Positions 38,601-49,997 of a DNA stretch of 64,000 bases are shown one piece after another; the first letter of the stretch is position 1, and every line of letters begins with the position of its first letter. The translations under genes and the position numbers were made by a program. Source of the stretch: Glaucostegus cemiculus. Lineage: Eukaryota. Where the stretch lies: positions 2,418,001 to 2,482,000 of the forward strand of contig CDPCPM010000132.1 in assembly GCA_976551045.1 (NCBI GenBank), in the 5' to 3' direction. The notes under the pieces were generated by a model. The model saw only the letters and a program-made list of their open reading frames with translations. It was not told the origin of the DNA and ran no database searches.

Positions 38601-39388
38601 TGTCGTCCAGAAATCGATTTCCCCTGCTGTCCGCTGCATGAAACACAGTGCCACGGGGTCTGGTTGAACAGCTTCATTTTCTTTAGCAGTACTGCTAGGA
38701 GAGTCCCTTCAGCACTCACACAGAGTCGCTCCTCAAGGTATTTCCCCGAGCAGTGAGCAGACAGAAATTTATACAGATTTTCTCACGCAAACCCCATGCA
38801 CCCCGAGCCGCGAGTTTCGGGCAAACTATACAAATGTTAAAGTAGCTATTGCACTCTTTGTTCTGGTATAATTGGATTTCAATCAAGTGATACAAAGGTG
38901 AGTATCACACCTCATTGTTTAGCTTGGGCTACCACTTCAGTGTTAACTACCGAGCTGTCTGCTTCCATCCCGATGTTAGTTTCACCCACGTGATAGCGGT
39001 GGAGTCTGATACTATGTAAATTTCAGTCGGCATTACTGTTGACTATAAGGATGTATAGGGATGTCAATTTCAAAGAACGGGGCCGCAGCTGTCTATAGCG
39101 ATTGTCAATTTCAAACAGTGGGGAGGGGGAGGGGGCCGCAGGTGTCTATAGCGACACAAGTATTAGTCTGCAGAGAGGTTAATTGTCAATTTCAATGCTA
39201 GTCTGCGCTATAGATGTTAATGTTAGTTCCTGTCAGCTCAAGGTGTTCTGATACCTAGACAAAGGGAATTAACATGCCTGACATTCCCCAGCTAGGCAGT
39301 GATCCCCCTATCCAGTCCAGGTTGGGAAGAGGTGTGTGGTCTTTTCTAGAAGCAAAGATGGCTGCAATTTTAACCCTTTACTACTACA
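38601..39388 (-). mobile_element. ERV 3' LTR (~790 bp)
   Basis: Starts TGTAGT right after the polypurine tract and ends ..ACGACA; TATAAA at 38773-38768; degenerate polyA signal AATGAA at 38678-38673; U3 direct repeats. The left boundary is inferred. Confidence 0.7.
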
Positions 39389-39401
39389 TTCCCTCCTCTT
39401 T
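39389..39401 (-). other. Retroviral polypurine tract (PPT)
   Basis: AAAGAGGAGGGAA directly precedes TG and follows the env stop at 39418. Confidence 0.85.
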
Positions 39402-39417
39402 ATCATTGCATGATAAC

Positions 39418-40772
39418 CTAAAGTGGGGCTGAAAATGGGGCTGCAAGACTGCTGATCTTGCAACAAGTGTTCAGACAGATCAAAACTACACAGCACACGA
39501 TCACTATGACAAGTAGCCCCACTGCTCCGTGTAACAGGTATGATGTCCATGACCATCCTAGCAGCCATCCCCACCATCTTGCCCCTCCCTTGAATACCTG
39601 TATGAAGCCGTCTACCTGAATGGCATGGGAGATGTTGTAGGACTCATCCCTACCATTGGTTATGCACTCGTCGCCTGTGATGGCACACACTCCCCCTTGC
39701 TGGGCAAGCTGGTAGTCCACAGCGTACCGGGTCTGCTGGACATACAGTCGAAGTTCTGCCAGTTCCTGTTTCACTAACTTCAGGGCATTTGCACTGTTGT
39801 TTCCCAGTGCGGCCAGTCCGCAGATAATGTAGTTCCGGTTCATTGCAGCTGCGGTTCCTGCCGAACCCCGCAGAGAGAGAGTACTCAGGGATCCATAGCC
39901 CAACGACTCTAAGGAGGATCCCAAGGACATAGGATCCTTCCAATCGTCACAGAACCTCTCACTGCGTGATCGCACCACAAGTCTTCGCCAGACGTGAGCC
40001 CTTTGGGACAGGGGACCGTGACTGGTCTGATCATCCCCATCGCAAACCAGGCTGGCAGAGTGAGGGTGGTCGTTGTGTATGTTCCGTTAAAGAGGAACAG
40101 ATACTCTTCCTTGGCCCGATAGCAAGTAACCTTACCCGGCTGTCGTGGACTGGGCACTTGGGAGTACCAGGTTACCCAGCAACATCTTTCCCATGATCTC
40201 GTAGGTAATTTTCCCTGGTAAGCCATTCTAATGAGACATTAGACACTCTCACATTTTCCGTTCCCTTCCCTGCAGACCCATCGTGTTCCTACAGACAGCG
40301 TGACACACATAGGAGCTGCACATTCACACCTAAACCATCCTCCTTTGAACCCGCAATTCCTTTTCGTGCAAGTGGTGGTGGCACATGGTATCGTGTGTGG
40401 TACAATCGCTAGACCGCAACCCCATCCTTTGCCGGTGAAGCAGCGAGGGAAGGACTGGTGGTGGGTGGTGTTACTAAGTCCTGGCCCTGTTCTTTGTAAA
40501 CATTTGCCCTGTAGCATCTTCCTATAAGTTCCTACCTCCCCAACACACTTCGCTCCCGAAAACTCGTGTCTCAAGAGGGCGCTGGGGCTCCAGCTGGGGG
40601 TGGCTACAAAAAGACCTTCCACTGACTCTGCCAAGGGGTAACAGACGGTGCGATTCCCATGTAGCTGCGTATGTATCTTATAAAACAAATTATCCTCTAT
40701 TACCCACATGAAGTCAATAATAACCATGATAAGTCCGTATCTGATAAGCATCATCTTCACTCCAGAGGCCAT
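39418..40772 (-). pseudogene. env: ERV env, disrupted (in-frame stop at ~40239, frameshift near 39980)
   Basis: Hydrophobic leader; Cys-rich SU; decayed furin site RSER; heptad repeat plus ISD-like QQTRYAVDYQLAQQGGVC; CX6C; TM anchor LLHGAVGLLVIVIVCCVVLICL. Confidence 0.88.
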
Positions 40773-43700
40773 CGATTGCAGTCACTCAGGTGGATCCAAC
40801 GTTCCTGGCATTTTACTTTCACAGCTTTCGGAGTCTGAAGTAGTATCTGGAAGGGGCCTTTCCACCGAGATCCTAGTTTAGGGCGCTCCCAATCTCGTAC
40901 CAGCACCGAGTCCCCGATTTCCAGGTCAGGAAAGGTTCGCGCTGCGCTCCTCAGATGGTTTGAAGTCACTCTCCACCTGTGAGTGAAGGAACTTTAAAGA
41001 CGATGTAAGTTGTTAAAATGCCTCTGTAACTCGTCCCCCATGATATTAAGGTGCAACTGTGTGTGGGCCTGTGTATCGGCATCCCATGGAGTTCTCCCCG
41101 GACGCCCATAGACGATTTCAGCAGCTGATCCCCCTGTGGTCGTATGCGGGGTAATTCTCATGTAGTACAATGCTAAAGGGAGAACTTTTAGCCAGTTTAG
41201 ACCTGTCTCTAATTTAGTTTGGTTAGCTTGTTCTTAAGGGTGCTGTTTGGTCTCTCTACTATCCCTGCCGCCTAGGGGTGGTAGGTGCAGTGGAACTGCT
41301 GCTCGATGTGTAGCACCTCACACAACTCCTTGTTTATTTTCCCTATAAAGTGGGGGCTATTGACGGAACTTATCTTTCGTGGTACTCCAAACCTTGGTAT
41401 GATTTAAGTGAGGAATAGTTTTACCACTGTTAAGGCCTTATTGTTAGTGGTTGGGAAGGCTTCGATCCATCTGCTGAACACATCAACAATAACAAGGCAG
41501 TACTTGTAACAGTTCACACGTGGTAATTCAATAAAGTCGAGTTGTATGCATTCAAAAGCTCCGCCTGGCAAGGGGGACTTGCCTCGGGTGCACCTCACCC
41601 CTTTTCCAGTGTTGGTTTGCTGGCATATCAAGCATGACCGTATTTTGATTTATGCTGCTTCTTCCAACCTGAGGTGCCACCAAGTTCGTAATAAAAAGTT
41701 ACTCATTCGCTCCTTGCCAAGGTTGGTGTTGAAATGCAGGTAGTCAATAAGAACGGGTAGTAAAGAATCAGGTATACATACTTGGCCGACTGGAGTAATC
41801 CAGAGGCCGTGTGGCGCAGACTACGTACACCCTTGTGCCTTCCACATTTGTTTTTCAGAGTCAGGGGCGTCCCCCTGTAAGTGCTGCACAGTGACCATGT
41901 CTGGGGTGCCCGGCTTTGCTATTTTTGGTTTACAAACAACTGCATGTTTTTCTGCATTTGAAATAACTTTAGACCCCCGGCTTGCTGCCAGTTTTGCTTC
42001 TGTGTCTGCCCTGTTGTTGCCCTGGGTTACTGGGGAGGCGTCCGAAAGGTGAGCTGAACATTTGATAATGGCCAATTTGCTCGAGAGGAGGATGGGCTGG
42101 AGGAGGTTTGTCATATAGCCTGCCTTTTGTAAAGGGATACCCGTGGAGGTCAGAAAACCCCTGTGTGCCCAGGGTTGGCCAAAATCGTGGGCAACTCCGA
42201 AAGCATAGCGGGAATCCGTAAAGATGTTAGCCACCTTGTCTTTGGCTAAAATGCAGGCTCTGGTCAGGGCAATGAGTTCTGCTTTCTTGCAGAAACTGGG
42301 GGTTGCAAGGATGCTGATTCCACAGTCTGTGAGTCGTTCACTATGGTATAGCCACATAGGCGGATGCCCTGATTGGAAATGTAGGAGCTACCGTCAACAT
42401 ACAAGTTTAAGCCGGCTGACTGGATGGCCTTATCTGAAAGATCCGGACGGGGTGCAGTCAAAAAGTTGTTACGGATTAAGCAGTCATGTGGTGCATCTGC
42501 AAGATCCTCAGGTGGGGCTTCTAGGAATGTGGCAGGGCTGATAGTAGTACAGTAGGCAAAGGTGAGGAGTGGGCTATTTAGCAGTGCTATCTCGTATCTA
42601 TTTAAGCAGGCGTGGGCCAAGTGCTGTGTCTGGTGAGATGTCAAGAGAGCCGTTACGGCATGAGAGGAATAAACAATCATCGGCTGTTGCAGGGTTATGT
42701 TGGAGGCGGCTGTGACTAGGGAATAGATGGCTGGCAGCATTTGTGAGCATGGTGAGATTCCCCTACCGACTGGGTCCAGTCGGATGGAGTAGTATGCCAA
42801 GGGCTCTTCTTATCCCCGTGAGTCTGCTTAAGGACGGCTGTAGCACAGTCGTCAAGGACATTCACGAAAAGCTGAAATGGCCGGTCATATAGGGGACTTC
42901 CCAAGGCCGGTCTGTTGGCTTGGGATTGTTTGAGTTGATCGAAGGCTTCCTGCTACTCTTTGGTGATCTCAGAAGGTCTCACGGACTGGCTTGAGTCCAG
43001 GGGTGCGAGGTGCTTAGTGAGGAGCACCAGGTTAGGCAGCCACTGCCTGCAGAAATTGACTAAATATAAGAAGGCACGCATACCTTTTGGGGTAGTGGGT
43101 GGTGGGGTGGCCATGATGGGCACCATGCGCTCAGGAGTGATCTGCCGCTCAGTTGCACTTAAAAGGGTGCCTAGGAATTTCACCTGGTGCTGGGTTCTTT
43201 TCACCTCCTGTGGAGGTATTACATGGGGATATGTAACACTCTTGGGGATGCGTTAAGCGATCTATTTGTGTGCGTGATGTTGGCGGGCTCCGAGGGGCTT
43301 GCTAGTAAAAGATCGCCCAGATACTGGACAACTGTTTATTAGGAAGTACCAGCTTCTGGAGTTGTTTATTTAGGACCTGGGATAAAATGGTCGGAGAATG
43401 TATGAAAACCTGCGGGAGGCGTGTCCATGTGTATTGCTGGCCCTGGAAAGTGAAAGCAAACAGGTACCGTGAATCGGGAGAGAGGGGCATCACAAAGAAG
43501 GCATGCTGCAAGTCGACATTTGCAAAAACATGGCAGGGTTATTGCTGAGGATGATGGCGGGGCTCGGGACTACGGGATGCAGTGGCTCCACTATTTCATT
43601 GACCTTTCGCAGGTCTCGTAGGAGACGCCACTCTGTCTGTCCGCGCTTAGGGACAGGTAGATGGGGGTATTGCAAGGGAACCAGGATGCCCTTTTAACAA

Positions 43701-44697
43701 AATGAATGTATCAGCTGGGTGATACCGTCAATCGCCTCTCTCCGTTGGGGTTACTGTGGGACGGACGGCAGTGGCACCCCCGGTCTCACATAGATCTGGT
43801 CTGGGGCTACCGGGGTGTATCCCACCTCAAATTTTGATACAGCCCATAAATTGGGGGTGGGCTCATCCGAGGGGAGGCGGTTGGGCTGATTGTGGTGCAG
43901 ACAGCCCGTCACCGAGAAAGGGACGCGGTAATAGGTCAGGTTTCCTTCTGGTAGAGCTTGGGAACCCTATAAAGGCTTTAGTCCGCCTGTTCCTCCAGCC
44001 GGTGAGCTAGAAATCCCAGCTCATTTGATTTATGACCCTCGTCAATGGACAGGGTAATGTGAGGGGACATCAGGCCTGACTGATTCCACAGTTCGCCTGG
44101 CACCTGAGCTAGGAGCGGTTTTCCCTCCTTTCCCTGTACTTTCCCTAAGACTGTGATGGTCACCATGCTACATAGGAAGGGGGCATAAAACCCTTCTAGC
44201 TCTGTCGAGGCCCCGGTGCGGTCATACGCTAGTGTTAAATACGGGTCGGTGACCTCCAAGGGTGGTTTAAAATCAGTGTTTGTGAGCTTAACCGTCCACC
44301 ACTGGGGAGGCTGGTAAACCTAAAGGATCCTATGAGGTATGGGGCCAGTGACAGTAATTCCTTCATCCAGGCATTGTATTTTGAGTCGGAGGCAGCAAAG
44401 CAAGTCCCTCCCGGCCATGTTAACCCCTAGGTTTGGGGTTACTGCAAATTGCACATGTAAGGGTTCAGTTGAGCGGTAGGATCTTTCCTGTCCCTCCAGC
44501 CAGCTCAGTTGAATGGAAGCGGTGGACAGTTTAAAATCATGCAGGGAACTACAAGAGACTTCAAGGGTTGAGGTATTGGCTCCTGTGTCAATCATAAAGG
44601 GAATCGGTTTTCATTCTACTAGGAAATTAATAATGAGTTCGTCGTCCGGGTTGTTGGTGAGGGCAGGGTACATGGAATGGCTAGTATCCTCTTCTAG
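40757..44697 (-). pseudogene. pol: ERV pro-pol (protease, 2H-like insert, RT, tether, RNase H, integrase), with many stops and frameshifts; epsilon-like
   Basis: PR: MIDTGA..GRDLL. RT: WRL..DLRKVN, QYTWTRLPQ, catalytic motif decayed to QYLGDLLL. RNase H: YVDGSS, AELIAL, IFTDSRYAFG, GNNRAD. IN: IQLDFIE, IVDVFSRWIEAFP, WKGPFQ. Confidence 0.93.
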
Positions 44698-45075
44698 TCA
44701 GAACGAGAATGGATTGTTAGTAGAGAAAGGCTGTCGCCTCCCGGGGAGTCTCATTGGTCGGCGGTGGTAGTGGGGACAGTAACGTCGCCAGTGATCAGGG
44801 GCCCCACAATGGTAACATCCCGTAGGTGTATCCCGTGCCGGTGCGGGTTGTGGTGGTCCGCTGGGGTCTAAGTAGCTATGATGGAGAGGTCGTGGCTCAC
44901 AGAGAAACATGAGATTCTTTTTTTGTTTCAAAGCTTTGGAATCGGGCTGATGGATGAAGTCTTTCCACTCCATTTTGGAGATTAGAAGGTGATTCAAGAG
45001 GTAAATCTTTGAGCCCTAGGTTGTACATCTTACAGGACGGAAGGCCCTGACGAGCGGGTGGTTAGGCTATAAAGG
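44698..45075 (-). pseudogene. gag: ERV gag C-terminus (nucleocapsid with a single CCHC knuckle); upstream gag and 5' LTR are missing
   Basis: GCYHCGAPDHWRRYCP (CX2CX4HX4C) in ORF 44698..44997; the stop codon is in frame with pro. Confidence 0.85.
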
Positions 45076-45079
45076 GATC

Positions 45080-47200
45080 TGCTTCGTATGCCTTCTATAT
45101 TGGATGTCAACGTGCATCTGGTGTAAGATTATCAATATGCTCCTTCTCCACTTTGAACAGTGATAGTCCTGGAATTCCCAGGAGTTAGTGACGTGTGGCA
45201 ATCTTTTCAAGGAGATTTTGAGAAAATCTTCCAAGTCCTGCTATTGATAGCATGTTAACCTCTTCACGTGACAAATCTTGTAACAGAGTGTTTAGTTTAG
45301 AATGTGTTGTTAAGCATTTAAACATCGAGGGCTACAGAAAACATCTGACTGATTTGGGCCAGTGATTATCATTTGGTAAATTAGGCAAGAGAAATGGAAT
45401 GAAACTACGAAGTGCGCATGAACAATGGGATACTGGAGTTCCTGTTCGTAAAATATTGAACTCAGCACGTCCGAAGGAGAACGTATTAAAGCAAGGCATA
45501 ATAGATCCTTCATTGTCTCACCCAGAGAACGCACGGAGGTGGATATAATGCCAGTGCTGTACATAAAAATTATGAAAGGCGACAACGATTGTATCCTTTT
45601 AAATTCCAGTCAACAATACATTAGAAAATTGCGTGAGATTTTTCATACAATCTCATGCGCTTCTTATCCATCGTGAGGGTTTTGATAGGGTCATATTTCC
45701 AAGGAGTCCCTGAGATGCGCAATTTTTCCAAGGAGATGTGAGAAAATCCTCAAAGTCCTTCTGTGGTCCACCTGTTAATTTCTTCCCATAGAGCTTGTCA
45801 TCCAATGTTTCCTTCAGAACGTGCTGTCAGGCTCTTTAACAACCCAGCATACCGAACAGTGGTGACTGAGTTGCGCCACGCTGCTGGGGAAATTGGCCAT
45901 CGCGAGCACGTTGTCGTTGGATTCCGTCTCCTGCCAGTGATAAAGAATCAGGAAATGAGGTCAGTGAAGTAGTGGAATAATGTGAGGTGCGGAGGAACGA
46001 AAGTATCTTGCAGTTCATGACCACAAAACATTGAACTTAGCAAGACGGGTACAAACGTGTTGAAGCAGGCAAACTGGATTCCTCATTGACGCATAGAATA
46101 CAAGGGAGGGATGTACTGCTACATCTGTACAACGCAAAATAAAGGCTGTAACGATGAGTTCCAGTCACTACACAACAAGGAAACTGTGATTGATTTTTAC
46201 GGAGTGTGGAGGTGATACCGTTGGACATCTTTGGCCATCGAACATTTTTAGCCATAGAGGAGAACCTCCCAGAGCTTCCAGACATTGCACTATGACATAT
46301 GATTGCTCCTTCCAGTTGTAGTTTCTCTGATCTACGTTACCATTCTACCGATCGTTTTTAAATTAGCCTCTTTATCTTGTTATGAAAGAGTTGTAACTTC
46401 GAATGTAAAGCTTTCAGGCATGACATTTATCCGTGCTGTTTCAGGAATAACTAAAATGTCATAGTAAATTTTCCAGTGTTCCCTCTCACCTGCATTAATC
46501 GCTAATTTCTTCAATGAGTTACTGAACGCAATTTCTTTATGTTACATAGAGTGATTTATTTCTCCAATACAATATGTGCCAATCGGCATCCAACATTCAA
46601 ATAATCATTGGAATTCAGACAAACAATTTTGATGTTTTTTCATTCCAAAACTAAATCCCGAGGTCCCGCCCGATGCCACATCCAGCTGAAATACTATTGT
46701 AAGGGAACTAAAACGACGAACTGGCTTATTCGCGGAAAGTCATTTCGGCATCGATTTCAGAAATCATCTAAACTCTGTTCCAGAAAACGCTTTCCACTTT
46801 ATTATCCTACCGTCGACGCAGAATGAGATTTTGGCATATTAATATTCCCACATTGTTGCATTTTCACATATTACTTGTTTTAGGTGAGTGGACTTTAAGC
46901 TCCGTAGAAATCGTGCATTCCACGTTACCATTAGGATGGCAGGGTGTGGGCCCAAATATTGCTGTTACAGCAACACCCCCACCACACACTTGCTCCACCT
47001 TCTCTGTCAGAAAAAGGGTTTGCATGAAGAGTTATCTTACTTTACGGTCAAATAAGTTTGGAGGAAATTTAGAGTATTCCTGTACTAAAACTCCAGATCT
47101 ACAGCTTTTTCCCGGCAAATGGCCGACAAAAGCGTGTCATATATTTTGAATGTAAACCGACTACTGCCTTAAAAAGTAGATGCATTGGTTTTATTGATAA
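45080..47200 (-). mobile_element. Probable hAT (Tip100/ZMYM1-like) transposase remnant, very decayed
   Basis: Minus-strand fragments EQSY-/SAMSG (cf. GQSYDGASxMSG) near 46280-46310, 'HRYSL', CSRW (cf. TRW) near 45900, and a hATC-like RFS..VEKE near 45150-45230. No TIRs identified; extent approximate. Confidence 0.45.
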
Positions 47201-49997
47201 GACTCATGTTGAGATAAATAGCAGTAATAGCTTGTAACAAATAGTCATTGAAGATAAAATGTACTGCGCGGCCGGGAAACAAACCTCTCAGTAGCTAATG
47301 ATAGGAGTGATTTTATTATTAGGTCTCAGTTCATTATCTGGCAAAACAGCGCAGTTGGCTGAATGGCTGCTGTGCTCAGTTACGCGCTAAGACCCACCAC
47401 ATTACCATCTGCGCACTATTTTGGTGCAAGGTAACATAATATTACCGAGTAGTTACGTATTTTAAGATTTCACTTAATTAAAAGGGACCCATGCAGAACA
47501 TCCTTGTTCTATGGCTATAGAACGATCACACCATAACTAAATTTAGTGTTGCACTAATCCCATCCGATTTTTAAAGTAAAGGAACATTTGGACAACATCC
47601 TATATCCAGTGTTCTTACAGGCAGAAAAAAACATCAGTATGCAAACCGGGGGCGACCCCGACCCATACCGAGCATTCTCATTTCCGCAACTATAATCAAT
47701 AGCACTGTTCGGGTTATTATTGAAATATGCAAATTCTAACTGGAGCAGAAAATGGCAAAAGGTGCAAGTAATTGATAAGAAGGACAAAATCTCCAATAAG
47801 TTTCTTGTAATTAATGATAGGGAAAAATAGCAAATCATGTCAACAGCATCGTTTGAGACTCGGACCTGTTTTTGCAGATGTGCAACAAATCAGCAACCCG
47901 AGTGGATAGATTCTGAGAGCATGTAACAATCAGAGACAGATAAATATGTTCGGAAGTTTGTTCATGAAACCTAGATACCTGGGTTTTATTATCTAATCGA
48001 TCAAATATATATTACAGAGTTTTTATCAAATGCTTTTTTTTTGTCAGTGATCAGGGCTCAGGTGGCGTATCTGAGCAGAACCAATAGATTTAATAGGCTG
48101 TTCATACCGATAGATACACAAGAATACCAAAAAAAAAAACCCAGAAAGAAAGTGCTGAAACTCTAGTCCGCTACAAAAAGTCCGCTCAGCCATTCAAAAG
48201 ATACTGGGTAATATGTACCTGACCCCAATACGCTACTGCCTGGGCACTAGAATCCTTGAAGGGAGGGACAGTTGCTGCTAGAATGTTCTTCGAAAGATAA
48301 TGGAGTTTAACAAGCGTTTTTGAATACAAGTATGCAAAGGTAATTGTCTTTTGATAGAAAAGTAAGAAAATACATTTTAACTTGTCAAAGAGTTGAAGAC
48401 TGAAGGAGACAGTTTTAAAATAGTTTCCAATAAGAAAACGGAAGTTTGTTTTTTACCATTGAGTCTGCGAAGCGGTGTGGAAAAATGAAACGACTATTTA
48501 AATCTGATGTGCAGTAAGAAGGTAAATGTTTCCCGGTCCAGGGAGAAGAAATGGGAACATTTCATTGCAACCTCAGATTTCGGGTAAAGGCCAAATTGAC
48601 ATAGAGGCCGTTCGGTATGCTGTAAGATTGCAGATTGCTCTAAAAGCATAAAATTCTGGCATGTGGAAATTGGATCCTCAGGGATGGGCGTGAATACTAT
48701 TTGTGGTTTTATTGCATTCCGGGTAATATCTATTGGTTTAAGCGAAATCTGAGCCGTATTGGAAACCAATCAACAGCTGCGAATATGTAACTCTGGAAAT
48801 CTTATATTATTACCACACTTTCTACAAATTAATTTACAGGCAATAGTGATTTTGAAGATCGTTCTTTATTTATGTAGGTTTTTACGATTTTATCCAATTC
48901 AATGTCCTAACAAAAGCATAAAACCTAATCAACTGTTTGACTGGTAAAAAATGAACGGACCATATAGTAGAAACGTCATGTTCTTTTACATAATGCATTG
49001 AAACCGCAGTGCATCCCCCAACACCTCTCGCTGTAATATTGTTTGTGTTATCTTGTCAATACTTTGATCCTGCGAGTTGAGTGACGGGCGCACACACACA
49101 TTTAGTGGAGCCTCCATGGCAATCCTCTAATGCTGCAATGTAGTATTGATGTTGACCGAATGAGGAACATCGGCAATCGATTTAATTGGAGGCGATATTT
49201 CGCCTTGATGATGGTTACGATTACCTTTTGGGTGGCCTTTGTTGAACACCAGATCACAAGGACCTGTGCGAATTCTTCTTTCAGTCAGTTCTGTACAAAA
49301 CGTCTGCAGAGTTGGCAATCCTTTTCAGAAAAGATTGTGCACCCCGGGCGTTTGTCAGTACATCACTAATCCTCGATTGATTGGTTACACTCGTTTTCTC
49401 TGCTGTGATTCACTCTCTCCACAGACTGTTCAGAGTCGCTGATTTAACTCCCACTCTAAAGATCTGTGCACATAAAACTGTGCTGGCGCCCCTATATGAT
49501 GAATGCTACACAGCTGCAGGTGTTCCCTTTCGAGGAATTTGGGTGATATTGTTATCAAGACAAACATCCCAAAAATAAGAGCAACGTCTGGCGATCGTCA
49601 CATTGTTGTTTGTATGAGTTGGCAGCGCACAAATCACTTGCCACAGTTCTGACATAAGACACGTGACTTAATTCCAAATTAGTTGAATACGCCCGATACC
49701 GAAGTGAAAAAAAACTTCAGTTTTCTTCTCCATTTAGCCATTGCAGTCCATGTTTGGCGCAATGAAAGGTGAAACATACCACCTGGAAACCATGCATAGG
49801 CCAAGACATGGTGCCATTTAGTATCTTAATGTGTGTGCTGTTCGTTCTATCAGCAGAGCTTCCATTGTCATAAATATAGATGGCTACAGCAGAGAAGGTT
49901 GTTCATCAACAATCTGGACACGACGTTCCTTCAGAACAATCTATTCTGACTCATTTCCGTGCTCTTTCGTAAATCCCAACAAATGAATTTCCATCTT

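Noticed and set aside
38644-38650. Perfect heptamer CACAGTG in the ERV LTR as a cryptic RSS
   Set aside because: No nonamer at 12 or 22/23 nt spacing
47200-49990. Short ORFs in unique-looking sequence (e.g. 49130..49369) as a host gene
   Set aside because: No recognisable domain or exon chain; lengths are consistent with chance
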